Shown here: one piece after another, positions 31,974 to 41,501 of the stretch
How the letters are laid out: the number at the start of each line of letters is the position of its first letter
Numbering within the stretch: position 1 is the first letter of the stretch
Assembly (NCBI GenBank): GCA_963724415.1
Contig: CAVRUS010000005.1
Span: 143,945-207,944, forward strand
Length of the DNA stretch: 64,000 bases
Source of the DNA: an uncultured Actinomycetota bacterium
Lineage (GTDB): Bacteria; Actinomycetota; UBA4738; HRBIN12
Direction: 5' to 3'
Translations under genes and position numbers: made by a program
Notes under the pieces: model-generated
Database searches by the model: none
Seen by the model: only the letters and a program-made list of their open reading frames with translations
Told to the model about the DNA's origin: nothing

Positions 31974-33448
31974 GGTCGGTCGGAGCCCCGGTCCGGAGTC
32001 AGGGGCCGCAGGTCGGAGGTGGGACGATCCTCGATCGCTCCGTCGCCGGCCGGCGGGCGTGGAGCTTCCCGCCCCTCGACGTTCCCGAGGCACCCATCCC
32101 TCCCGAGCACGCCCGGGCTGAGCCGCCCTCGTTGCCCGAGGTCTCCGAGGTCGATCTCGTCCGGCACTACACGGGTCTCGCGCAGATGAACTACGGCCTC
32201 GACACGGGGATGTATCCCTTGGGTTCCTGCACGATGAAGTACAACCCGAAGGTCGCCGAGACCGTCGCGGCGCTGCCCGGATTCCAGCGCCTCCACCCGC
32301 TCCAGCCGGATGGGACGACGCAGGGCGTCCTGGAGCTCCTGTGGCGGCTGGAGCGCGCCCTCTGCGCGATCACGGGGATGGATCGGGCGACGTTGCAGCC
32401 TCCCGCCGGCGCCTGCGGGGAGATGACCGGCCTGCTGCTGATGCGGGCGTTCCACGAGGACCGAGGTGACGCGCGACGCCGGGTGATCATCCCGGACTCG
32501 GCCCACGGGACGAACCCGGCCAGCGTTCGCCTAGCCGGGTTCGACGCCGTGCCGGTCCGGTCCGACGCCCGCGGGCTCGTCGACGTCGGGGCGCTCGCGA
32601 AGCTCGTGGACGAATCGGTCGCCGGGTTGATGCTCACGAACCCGAACACGCTCGGTCTCTTCGAGGAGGAGATCGAGGAGATCGCAGCCACCATCCACGG
32701 CGTCGGCGGCCTCCTGTACTACGACGGGGCCAACCTGAACGCGATCCTCGGTCGCTGCCGGCCCGGGGACATGGGGTTCGACATCGTGCACATCAACACC
32801 CACAAGACGTTCGCGACCCCCCACGGGGGAGGGGGTCCCGGCGCCGGACCGGTCGGCGTGACGGACGAGCTCGCCGCCTTCCTGCCCGGCCCCGCCGTCC
32901 AGCGGAGCGAGGAGGGCATCTTCTCCCTCGATCCCGGTGGCGAGCGCTCGATCGGTCGGATGCACGGGTTCCACGGCAACGTGGGCATCCTGGTGCGGGC
33001 GTACGCCTACGTGTTCCTGCACGGTGCGGACGGCCTCAAAGAGGTGAGCGAGCTCGCGGCCCTGAACGCGAACTACCTCCTTCGCCTCGTGGGGGAGGAG
33101 TTCCCGCTCGCCTACCCGGGCATGCGGCCGATGCACGAGTTCGTCGCGACCGCGAAGCCGCTCCGCGAGGCCACCGGGATCAGGGCGATGGACGTCGCGA
33201 AGCGCGTGATCGATCTCGGATTCCACCCGTCGACGGTGTATTTCCCCCTGGTGGTGGAGGAGGCTCTGATGGTCGAGCCCACGGAGACCGAGTCGAAGGC
33301 GACCCTCGAAGCGTTCGCCGAGGCGCTCCGCCGTACGGCGAGCGAGGCGCGTGAGCAGCCCGATCTGCTCCGGGACGCTCCGGTGACCACCCCCGTGCGC
33401 CGCCTCGATGAAGCACGGGCCGCCCGCGCGCTGAAGCTGCGCTGGTAA
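31970..33448 (+). CDS. gcvPB: Glycine dehydrogenase (aminomethyl-transferring) subunit 2
   Basis: GTG overlaps the gcvPA stop. Contains MYPLGSCTMKYNPK and the PLP-Lys region INTHKTFATPHGGGGPGAGPVGV. Confidence 0.9.
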   Translation: MRSVGAPVRSQGPQVGGGTILDRSVAGRRAWSFPPLDVPEAPIPPEHARAEPPSLPEVSEVDLVRHYTGLAQMNYGLDTGMYPLGSCTMKYNPKVAETVAALPGFQRLHPLQPDGTTQGVLELLWRLERALCAITGMDRATLQPPAGACGEMTGLLLMRAFHEDRGDARRRVIIPDSAHGTNPASVRLAGFDAVPVRSDARGLVDVGALAKLVDESVAGLMLTNPNTLGLFEEEIEEIAATIHGVGGLLYYDGANLNAILGRCRPGDMGFDIVHINTHKTFATPHGGGGPGAGPVGVTDELAAFLPGPAVQRSEEGIFSLDPGGERSIGRMHGFHGNVGILVRAYAYVFLHGADGLKEVSELAALNANYLLRLVGEEFPLAYPGMRPMHEFVATAKPLREATGIRAMDVAKRVIDLGFHPSTVYFPLVVEEALMVEPTETESKATLEAFAEALRRTASEAREQPDLLRDAPVTTPVRRLDEARAARALKLRW

Positions 33449-33592
33449 CCGCCGCCTTCCCGGCACTACCGGGATGCGGGTAGCGCCTCCTGGTCATCTT
33501 CAGGCAGTTCCCCCTCAAGCCCGTCCGTCCCCTGCCGATGTTCGGTGTGCAGGGGCGGCCGACGGGGCTGCCCGTGGCAAGGAGGCGAACCG

Positions 33593-34045
33593 ATGAGAGC
33601 AGGTCTGGTCAGGATCACCAAGGTCCTGGGACTCACGCTCGCCATCACCGTGGCGCTGGGCGCGCTGGCGCCGAGCGCACGTGCCACCTGGACGCCGCGC
33701 CGCGACATGCTCGGCTGGATGAACACCGCGCGGACCGGTCACGGAGCGGTCGTCCTGGATCGCGGATGGCGGATCCGGGAGCTGGCGGACGCCCACAGCC
33801 GGCAGATGGCCGACGCGGGGCGGATCTTCCACAGCGGGTCCCTGGGCTCCAGGCTCACGTTCGTGTCGTGGACCGTGGCGGGGGAGAACGTGGGAGCGGG
33901 TCTCAGCATGCGTGGGTTGTACGACGCGTTCATGGACAGCGCCGGGCATCGCGCGAACATCCTCGAGCGGCGGTTCCGCCGTGTGGGTATCGGCGTGTAC
34001 GCCCACGACGGGTTCCTCTGGGTGACGATGATCTTCGTCGGTTGA
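33593..34045 (+). CDS. Secreted CAP (SCP/PR1-like) domain protein, paralog of 29141..29611
   Basis: ATG preceded by AAGGAGG. Signal peptide, then RELADAHSRQMADAGRIFH, GENVG, FMDSAGHRANIL and RRVGIG. Confidence 0.75.
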   Translation: MRAGLVRITKVLGLTLAITVALGALAPSARATWTPRRDMLGWMNTARTGHGAVVLDRGWRIRELADAHSRQMADAGRIFHSGSLGSRLTFVSWTVAGENVGAGLSMRGLYDAFMDSAGHRANILERRFRRVGIGVYAHDGFLWVTMIFVG

Positions 34046-34575
34046 ACCGAGGCCGACACCAGATATGAAAGGGGCGGGGTCCCGATGGGACCCCGCCCCT
34101 GTTCCGTTCCTACCGCTCGACGGTTACGCGGCCTCACGCTCCGGCCGGCGCCTGCGGGTCGTCGCGACCACGGTCACGCCGATCCCGAAGAGCACCATCG
34201 AGATGATCCCCAGCCGTCCCGCGTCCGAACCCGTGAACGGGGTCGGCGGTTCCTCCGGCGGCACATCGGCGATCGGGGTCACGGTGGCGTCGTCGAGCGA
34301 GCTCACCGAGCGACCGAGGATGTCCTCGCCCTCGGCCGTGCCGACGTTGGTGACGGGCTCGTCACCGACCACGAAGTCCTTCGTCAGCGTGACCGACTGC
34401 CCGGGCTCGAGGACCTCGATGTCCCCGATGTGGCCAAGGATGTCGTCGTCGACGCTGATGTCGTACAGCGTGGTGTCACCGGTGTTCGTGATGACGTAGG
34501 TGTAGGTGACCGTCGTGCCGACCGGCACCGTCTCCTCGTCCACCGTCTTCACGATCTCGATCCCCGGGTGGATGA
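34033..34575. repeat. Copy 1 of a roughly 540-bp near-identical segment (the last 12 nt of the CAP gene, the terminator and the adhesin 3' end); copy 2 is at 37045..37587
   Basis: Direct comparison of the two stretches at an offset of 3012 bp shows only a few mismatches. Confidence 0.85.
34071..34099. terminator. Perfect 13-bp GC hairpin (GGGGCGGGGTCCC-gat-GGGACCCCGCCCC) between convergent genes
   Basis: Read directly from the sequence. It lies between the CAP gene stop (34045) and the adhesin A stop (34124). Confidence 0.7.
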
Positions 34576-36869
34576 GGTCCGTGGCGCAGTTGGCCAGGTC
34601 ATCCACGACCACCCGGCTGCCGACGCCAGAACCCGCCGCCGTCACTTCGTTGACCAGCGGATCGGCGTCGCTTTCGAGCACCACGTAGTCGAACTCGTGT
34701 GACTCGGAAGCACCGGCCGCGAGCTCGTCCGCGAAGGACGCCGAGAGGTCCCCGAGCACGGAGTCCATGACGGTCACGCCGTCGAGGTCCTCGTCACCGG
34801 TGTTGGTGACCGTGATCGTGTAGGTGACCGTGTCGCCGACGTGAGCCAGCTCGGTGCAGGACTTCTCCACGTCGATGGCCGGGTTCAGGATGTCGGTGGT
34901 GCAGGACGCGTCGTCGGAAGCTTCCGCACCCGAGTCCGCACCGGTGCCCGTCGCGGTCACCGTGTTGGTGAGCGGGTCGGGGTCGCCGGCCTGCGGCGTG
35001 TAGGACACGACCGCTGTGGCCACCTCACCGACCGGGAAGCGGGCGCTGAAGTCGAAGTCGAAGTCGCCCGTGATGTCACCCAGCAGGGTGTCGTCCACGG
35101 TGACGCCGACCAACGGCTCGTTGCCCGTGTTCTCGACGGTGATCGTGTACTCGATGTCCTCACCGAACGGCACGGACTCCGGGCAGGACTTGGTGACGTC
35201 GATGCCGGGCTCGTGCGTGATGTCGGTGATGCAGGACGCGTCGTCGGAGGCTTCCGCATCCGAGTCCGCACCGGTGCCCGTCGCGGTCACCGTGTTGGTG
35301 ATCGGGTCGGGGTCACCGGCCTGCGGCGTGTAGGACACGACCGCTGTGGCCACCTCACCGACCGGGAACGGGTTGGCGAAGTCGAAGTCGAAGTCGCCCG
35401 TGATGTCACCCAGCAGGGTGTCGTCCACGGTGACGCCGACCAACGGCTCGTTGCCGGTGTTCTCGACGGTGATCGTGTACTCGATGTCCTCACCGAACGG
35501 CACGGACTCCGGGCAGGACTTGGTGACGTCGATGCCGGGCTCGTGCGTGATGTCGGTGGTGCAGGACGCGTCGTCGGAAACGTGCGTGGCGGAGATGCCT
35601 CCGTCGGCCTCGGCCGTCACCGTGTTGGTGAGCGGGTCGGGGTCGCCGGCCTGCGGCGTGTAGCTGACGGTCACGGTGTCGATCTCCCCGACGTCGAGCG
35701 TCGTGTCTGGGAACTCGCTCGTGATGTCGCCGAGAAGGGTGTCCGTCACGGACAGGCCCGTCAGGGCTTCGTTCCCGTCGTTCGAGACGGTGATCTCGTA
35801 GCTGATCGCTTCGCCGAAGGGAGCCTCGGCCGGGCAGTCCTTGGTGACCGAGATGATCGGCTCGGCGGCGATGCCGCCGACCTGCTTCATCGGAACCGTC
35901 TCCTGCCCGACGTTGATCGTGCCGCCCCCCACCACGCGGGCGGCCGTGATCGCGTTCAGGATGTTCCCGGTCGGGGTACCGCCCACCTCGCAGGCGAGAT
36001 GCACGATCACGCGAGCGATGAGGTGCTCGCCCGCGTCGAGTCCGGTCACCGTGACGGTGCCGTCGATCGTGTCGTAGCCCGCGGTGTCGAGATGCTCGTT
36101 CGACAGGGTGGCGGCTTCATTTCCGTCGAGACCCACGTTCCCGCCGTCCGGCAGGTTGACCGCGACGCTCACGATGTCGTCGAACCCGATGCCGGGCTGA
36201 CCGGTCGTCTCGTTGCCGAACGACAGGTCGAGCTCGACCGCTCCGCTGTCGGCGCCGTTGGCGATCACGACCTGCACGAAGAACGTGACCAGGTCGTCAC
36301 AGGCGAAGTCGCCACCCTCGAGGGACTCCACGACGCCGTTCGTCTTACTGATATTCCGGTTGTCGTAGCCGAACTGGGGTGGCGACCCAAGGCCGGTGGA
36401 GTGGTCGTAGGTGAACGGACCGGCGGCCACGAAGTCGAGGCCGACGTCGCCACCAGCGAGCGTGGCTGCCGCCGCCGCCTCTGCCGATCCGGCGTCGGCG
36501 TTGACACGCGCCACGTTGATCTGACGAGTCCGGCTCTGCGACGATGCTCGACGTCGACGTGGATCCGTCATCCGTCGAGGCTGCCGCGCCACCGTCGCCG
36601 CTATCGGCTACAGGAGCCTCCTCCTCGGCGCCAGGAGCCTCTTCCTCGGCTGCGGCTTCCTCCTCCGCAACCGGGAGCGTTTCGCCGACCCTGCTGCCGT
36701 CCGAGATGAGATCCTCGGCGGCGACGGGATCGGTGCCGGCGTCATCCGCCAGCGCGCTCAACGAGCTCTGTCCGAGTGCGAACGCGAACAGAAGCAAGAA
36801 CGATACGAACGAGGCAAGACCGCGCTTGGTTACGCGCCGGCCGTGCCGAAGGTTCGACCTGGTACCCAT
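34124..36869 (-). pseudogene. Large secreted DUF11-type repeat surface protein A with a TPFTG sorting signal; the frame is broken near the 5' end (about 36510-36590)
   Basis: The signal peptide (MGTRSNLRHGRRVTKRGLASFVSFLLLFAFALGQSSLSALA) is in ORF 36345..36869. The rest is in ORF 34124..36592 in another frame. Contains tandem roughly 110-aa repeats (VTKSCPESVPFGEDIEYTITVENTGNEPLVGVTVDD). The C-terminus is PPTPFTGSDAGRLGIISMVLFGIGVTVVATTRRRRPEREAA. Confidence 0.7.
34889..35660. repeat. 330-bp intragenic tandem repeat, about 2.3 copies (DUF11-type domain units of adhesin A)
   Basis: The same motif (gatgtcggtg.tgcaggacgcgtcgtcgga...) recurs at 34889, 35219 and 35549. Confidence 0.85.
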
Positions 36870-37044
36870 CCTCCACCCCCTACTGGTGTTGTGTTGCTTT
36901 CGATGACCGATGGACCCGCCCCACGCCCTACGGCGGAGACTGTGGTCCGCTTACAGCAAAGTAGCCCCCTCGATTGGGGGACACCATCGGGCGAATGGCC
37001 CGACATCCGTTCGGACGTAAGGAGTAGTCCGTTCGGGGGGGGGG

Positions 37045-37587
37045 CTTCGTCGGTTGAACCGAGGCCGACACCAGATATGGAAGGGGCGGGGTCCCGATGG
37101 GACCCCGCCCCTGTTCCTTCCTACCGCTCGACGGTTACGCGGCCTCACGCTCCGGCCGGCGCCTGCGGGTCGTCGCGACCACGGTCACGCCGATCCCGAA
37201 GAGCACCATCGAGATGATCCCCAGCCGTCCCGCGTCCGAACCCGTGAACGGGGTCGGCGGTTCCTCCGGCGGCACATCGGCGATCGGGGTCACGGTGGCG
37301 TCGTCGAGCGAGCTCACCGAGCGACCGAGGATGTCCTCGCCCTCGGCCGTGCCGACGTTGGTGACGGGCTCGTCACCGACCACGAAGTCCTTCGTCAGCG
37401 TGACCGACTGCCCGGGCTCGAGGACCTCGATGTCCCCGATGTGGCCAAGGATGTCGTCGTCGACGCTGATGTCGTACAGCGTGGTGTCACCGGTGTTCGT
37501 GATGACGTAGGTGTAGGTGACCGTCGTGCCGATCGGCACCGTCTCCTCGTCCACCGTCTTCACGATCTCGATGCCGGGATGGATGAT
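37045..37587. repeat. Copy 2 of the roughly 540-bp duplicated segment (see 34033..34575)
   Basis: Near-identical to 34033..34575, including a 12-nt fragment of the CAP gene 3' end and the terminator. Confidence 0.85.
37083..37111. terminator. Second copy of the perfect 13-bp GC hairpin terminator
   Basis: Identical sequence GGGGCGGGGTCCCGATGGGACCCCGCCCC, just downstream of the adhesin B stop (37135). Confidence 0.65.
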
Positions 37588-38217
37588 GTCCACCACGTGG
37601 TCATCGGAGTCGGTGACCTCGTCGCCACCCTCACCCTCGTCGGTGTCACCGGTCACGGTGCCCGTGTTCGGGATCGGGTCGGGGTCGTCGTCGGTCACGA
37701 GGTGCGTGCACGTGTAGTGCCACACCTCGCCGATCGCCAGCATCGAGTCGCCGTCGCCGTCGTCGACGAGCGTGATGGTGCCCTCGTCGCAGATCGGGTC
37801 GGTCAGCTCGACGTCGAACAGGTCGACGTCACCGATGTTCGTCACCTCGAAGGTGTAGGTGATCGTGTCGTCGACGTGGACCAGTGCCGGGCCGTCCTTG
37901 ACGATCTGGATGGCCGGGTGCTCGACGTCCGTGTCGCAGGACGCCTCATCCGTGGCCTCGACCTCGGAGTCCGCACCGAGAGCCCGACGCCGTCCACCAC
38001 GTTGTGGATCGGGTCGGGGCTCTGCTCGGTCACCGTGTAGTCGATGAAGGCCGTGAAGCTATCTCCGACCCCGAGCGTGTCCGGGAACTCGTCCGAGACG
38101 TTGCCGAGGATCGAGTCGTTGACGGTGATGTCCACCAACGCCTCGTTCCCCGTGTTCGTGATGGTGATCTCGTAGGTGATGACGTCACCGACGCCGGCCG
38201 CCTCCGGGCAGGACTTG

Positions 38218-38880
38218 GTGACGTCGATGCCGGGCTCGTGGGTGATGTCGGTGGTGCAGGACGCCTCATCGGAGGCCTCCACACCCGAGTCCGCACCCGT
38301 GCCGGACGCGGTCACCGTGTTGGTCACCGGGTCCTGATCGGCCGCAGGCGAGTAGGTGACGACCGCTGTGGCGAAGCCACCGACCGGGAACGGGTTCGCG
38401 AAGTTGAAGTCGAACTCGCCCGTGATGTCTCCGAGCAGCGTGTCGGTCACCGTGACGCCCTCGAGGGCCTCGTTGCCGGTGTTCTCGACGGTGATCGTGT
38501 ACTCGATGTCCTCACCGAACGGAACCTCCGCCGGGCAGGACTTGGTGACGTCGATGTTCGGCTCGTGCGTGATGTCGGTGGTGCAGGACGCCTCATCGGA
38601 GGCCTCCACACCCGAGTCCGCACCCGTGCCGGACGCGGTCACCGTGTTGGTCACCGGGTCCTGATCGGCCGCAGGCGAGTAGGTGACGACCGCTGTGGCG
38701 AAGCCACCGACCGGGAACGGGTTCGCGAAGTCGAAGTCGAACTCGCCCGTGATGTCTCCGAGCAGCGTGTCGGTCACCGTGACGCCGCTCGAGGGCCTCG
38801 TTGCCGGTGTTCTCGACGGTGATCGTGTACTCGATGTCCTCACCGAACGGAACCTCCGCCGGGCAGGACTTGGTGACGTC
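38218..38880. repeat. 327-bp intragenic tandem repeat, 2 copies; the second copy is 328 bp because of an extra G at 38787
   Basis: The anchor gtgacgtcgatg recurs at 38218, 38545 and 38873 (spacings 327 and 328). gacgccctcgag in copy 1 reads gacgccGctcgag in copy 2. Confidence 0.85.
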
Positions 38881-39915
38881 GATGTTCGGCTCGTGCGTGA
38901 TGTCGGTGGTGCAGGACGCCGTGTCCGTGTCCACCACGCCGGAGTCCGCGCCGGTCCCCGATGCCGTCACGGTGTTCGTGAGCGGGTCGGGATCGCCGGC
39001 CACCGGCGTGCGGGAGACCGTCGCCGTGTAGACCGTGTTACCGACGGGCAGCGTGCCCGGCAGGTCCGGGTTGAACGCGGTGGCCGAGATGGGGCCAAGC
39101 AGGCTGTCGGTCACGGTGACGCCGGTCAGCGGCTCGTTGCCCGTGTTCTGGACGGTGATCGTGTACGTGATCGGCTGACCGAACGGCACCTCCGCCGGGC
39201 AGGACTTGGTGACGTCGATGTTCGGCTCGTGCGTGATGTCGGTGGTGCAGGACGCCGTGTCCGTGTCCACCACGCCGGAGTCCGCGCCGGTCCCCGATGC
39301 CGTCACGGTGTTCGTGAGCGGGTCGGGATCGCCGGCCACCGGCGTGCGGGAGACCGTCGCCGTGTAGACCGTGTTACCGACGGGCAGCGGGTCCGGCAGG
39401 TCCGGGTTGAACGCGGTGGCCGAGATGGGGCCAAGCAGGCTGTCGGTCACGGTGACGCCGGTCAGCGGCTCGTTGCCCGTGTTCTGGACGGTGATCGTGT
39501 ACGTGATCGGCTGACCGAACGGCACCGACGCCGGGCAGGACTTGGTGACGTCGATGTTCGGCACGTGCGTGATGTCGGTGGTGCAGGACGCCGTGTCCGT
39601 GTCCACCACGCCGGAGTCCGCGCCGGTCCCCGATGCCGTCACGGTGTTCGTGAGCGGGTCGGGATCGCCGGCCACCGGCGTGCGGGAGACCGTCGCCGTG
39701 TAGACCGTGTTACCGACGGGCAGCGGGTCCGGCAGGTCCGGGTTGAACGCGGTGGCCGAGATGGGACCCAGCAGGCTGTCGGTCACGGTGACGCCGGTCA
39801 GCGGCTCGTTGCCCGTGTTCTGGACGGTGATCGTGTACGTGATCGGCTGACCGAACGGCACCGACGCCGGGCAGGACTTGGTGACGTCGATGTTCGGCAC
39901 GTGCGTGATGTCGGT
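38881..39915. repeat. 336-bp intragenic tandem repeat, about 3.1 near-identical copies (112-aa units)
   Basis: The anchor gatgttcggc recurs at 38881, 39217, 39553 and 39889. The protein units TKSCPASVPFGQPITYTITVQNTGNEPLTGVTVTDSLLGPISATAFNPDLP... are almost identical. Confidence 0.9.
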
Positions 39916-41501
39916 GTCGCAGGCGGCTCCGTCCGCGACCGCGATCGCCGAGATCGAGCCGGCCGCGGTCACCGTCACCGCGTTCTGCACCGGATCCTCG
40001 TTGGCACCCGGCGTGTAGGGGATCGACGCCGTGTAGACCGTGGTGCCGACCGGCACCGGGTTCGGCAGGCCGAACGCGGCCGTGATGTTCCCGCCCAGCA
40101 GGGGGTCGTTCACCACGACGTTGGTCAGCGGCTCGTTGCCGTCGTTCACCAGCGTGAACTGGAAGACCACGGGCTGGCCGAACGGCACAGACGCCGGGCA
40201 GGTCTTCGTGATGTCGATCGCGGGCGCGCCGACGAACCCGGTGACCTTCATCGGGACGGTCTGCTGTCCGACGGAGACGGTGTCCCCGTCCGCGGTCGCG
40301 CTCTGGATGCTGTTCAGGATGTTCCCGGTCGGGCTGCCGGCCCCACACGCGAGGATCACGACGATCCGGAGGATCGCGGTCTCACCGGGAGCGAGGTTCG
40401 TGACCGAGATGACCCCGTGCAGCTGGTCGTAGCCCACCGTCTCGGTGAACTCCTGGTCCAGGGTCACGACGTTGTCGGCCACGTTGCCCACGTTGCCGTC
40501 GTCGGGCGTGTTGATCGCGACGGACACGATGTTGTTGAAGCCGAGACCGGCCCCACCGGTCGGCTCCATGCCCCACGTCTGGTGGAGCTGGACCGTTCCT
40601 GGGCCGTCGGCGCCATCCTCGATGGCGATCTGCGTGAAGAACGTCACGTGGTCGCCGCACGCGAAGTCGCCGCTCTCCAGCGACTCGACGACGCCGTCGT
40701 TCGGGTCGATCGTCCTGTCGTTGAACCCGAAGGTCGGATAGGTCCCGAGACCGGTCGCGTGGTTGTAGGTGAACGGACCGGCCGCGACGTAGTCCAGGCT
40801 GACGTCGCCCCCGTGGAGGCCACCGTGCGACTGGATGATCGCGTCACGGTTGGTGGGTGCGATTTCCTTGCTCTCGCGACGGGTTGTCGGGGCCGCGGCA
40901 GCCGCCCCTCCTCCGGAGCTGCCGTCGGAGTCACCCGTGGCGTCGTCAGAAGCCACCGGATCCGGAGCGTCCGGAACGTCGGCCGGTGACTCCTCTTCTG
41001 GAGCATCCGCAACCGGGAGCGTTGCGTCGGCCCTGCTGCCGTCCGAGACGAGATCCTCGGCGGCGACGGGATCGGTGCCGGCGTCTTCCGCCAGCGCGCT
41101 CAACGAGCTCTGTCCGAGTGCGAACGCGAACAGAAGCAAGAACGATACGAACGAGGCAAGACCGCGCTTGGTTGCGCGACGCCGCCCAGGGTTCGCTCTG
41201 GTACCCATCCTCCACCCCCCAAATGCTGTCGTGTTGCTTCGATGACCTATGGACCGGCCCCACGCCCTACGGCGGGGTCCGTGGTCCGCTTTACAGCAAA
41301 GTAGTCCCCCTCAACCGGGGGACACCATCGGGCGAATGGCCCGACATCCGTTCGGACGTACGGAGTAGTCCGTTCGGAGGGGTCCGATTGTGGATGAATT
41401 CGGCCGATTGCGCAAGATAGAAACCGCGGAACGCGGCAGAAAATGTGCGCGCGCCCCCTTTCGGAGGGCGTCCCTTGTGCTCAGCGCGACCGCGGAGGGC
41501 G

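Larger units (their letters stand above)
37135..41208 (-). pseudogene. Large secreted DUF11-type repeat surface protein B (paralog of A); the frame is broken twice (about 38787 and about 37971-37995)
   Basis: Three consecutive minus-strand ORFs (38593..41208, 37842..38843, 37135..37845) carry a continuous repeat architecture. They include a signal peptide almost identical to that of A and the same C-terminal TPFTG + TM + RRRR tail. Confidence 0.7.

Noticed and set aside
34889-39915. Regularly spaced repeats that could be mistaken for a CRISPR array or a mobile-element array.
   Set aside because: The periods are 327, 330 and 336 bp, with no short repeat/spacer alternation. They are in-frame protein domain repeats of the adhesin genes, and no cas genes are present.
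41209-41400. A c-di-GMP (GEMM) or c-di-AMP (ydaO) riboswitch in the adhesin leader.
   Set aside because: The conserved cores as I remember them (GCAAAGCC-type tetraloop-receptor elements; ACGGGG/CCCA pseudo-symmetric elements) are not present. It is kept only as an unclassified structured leader.
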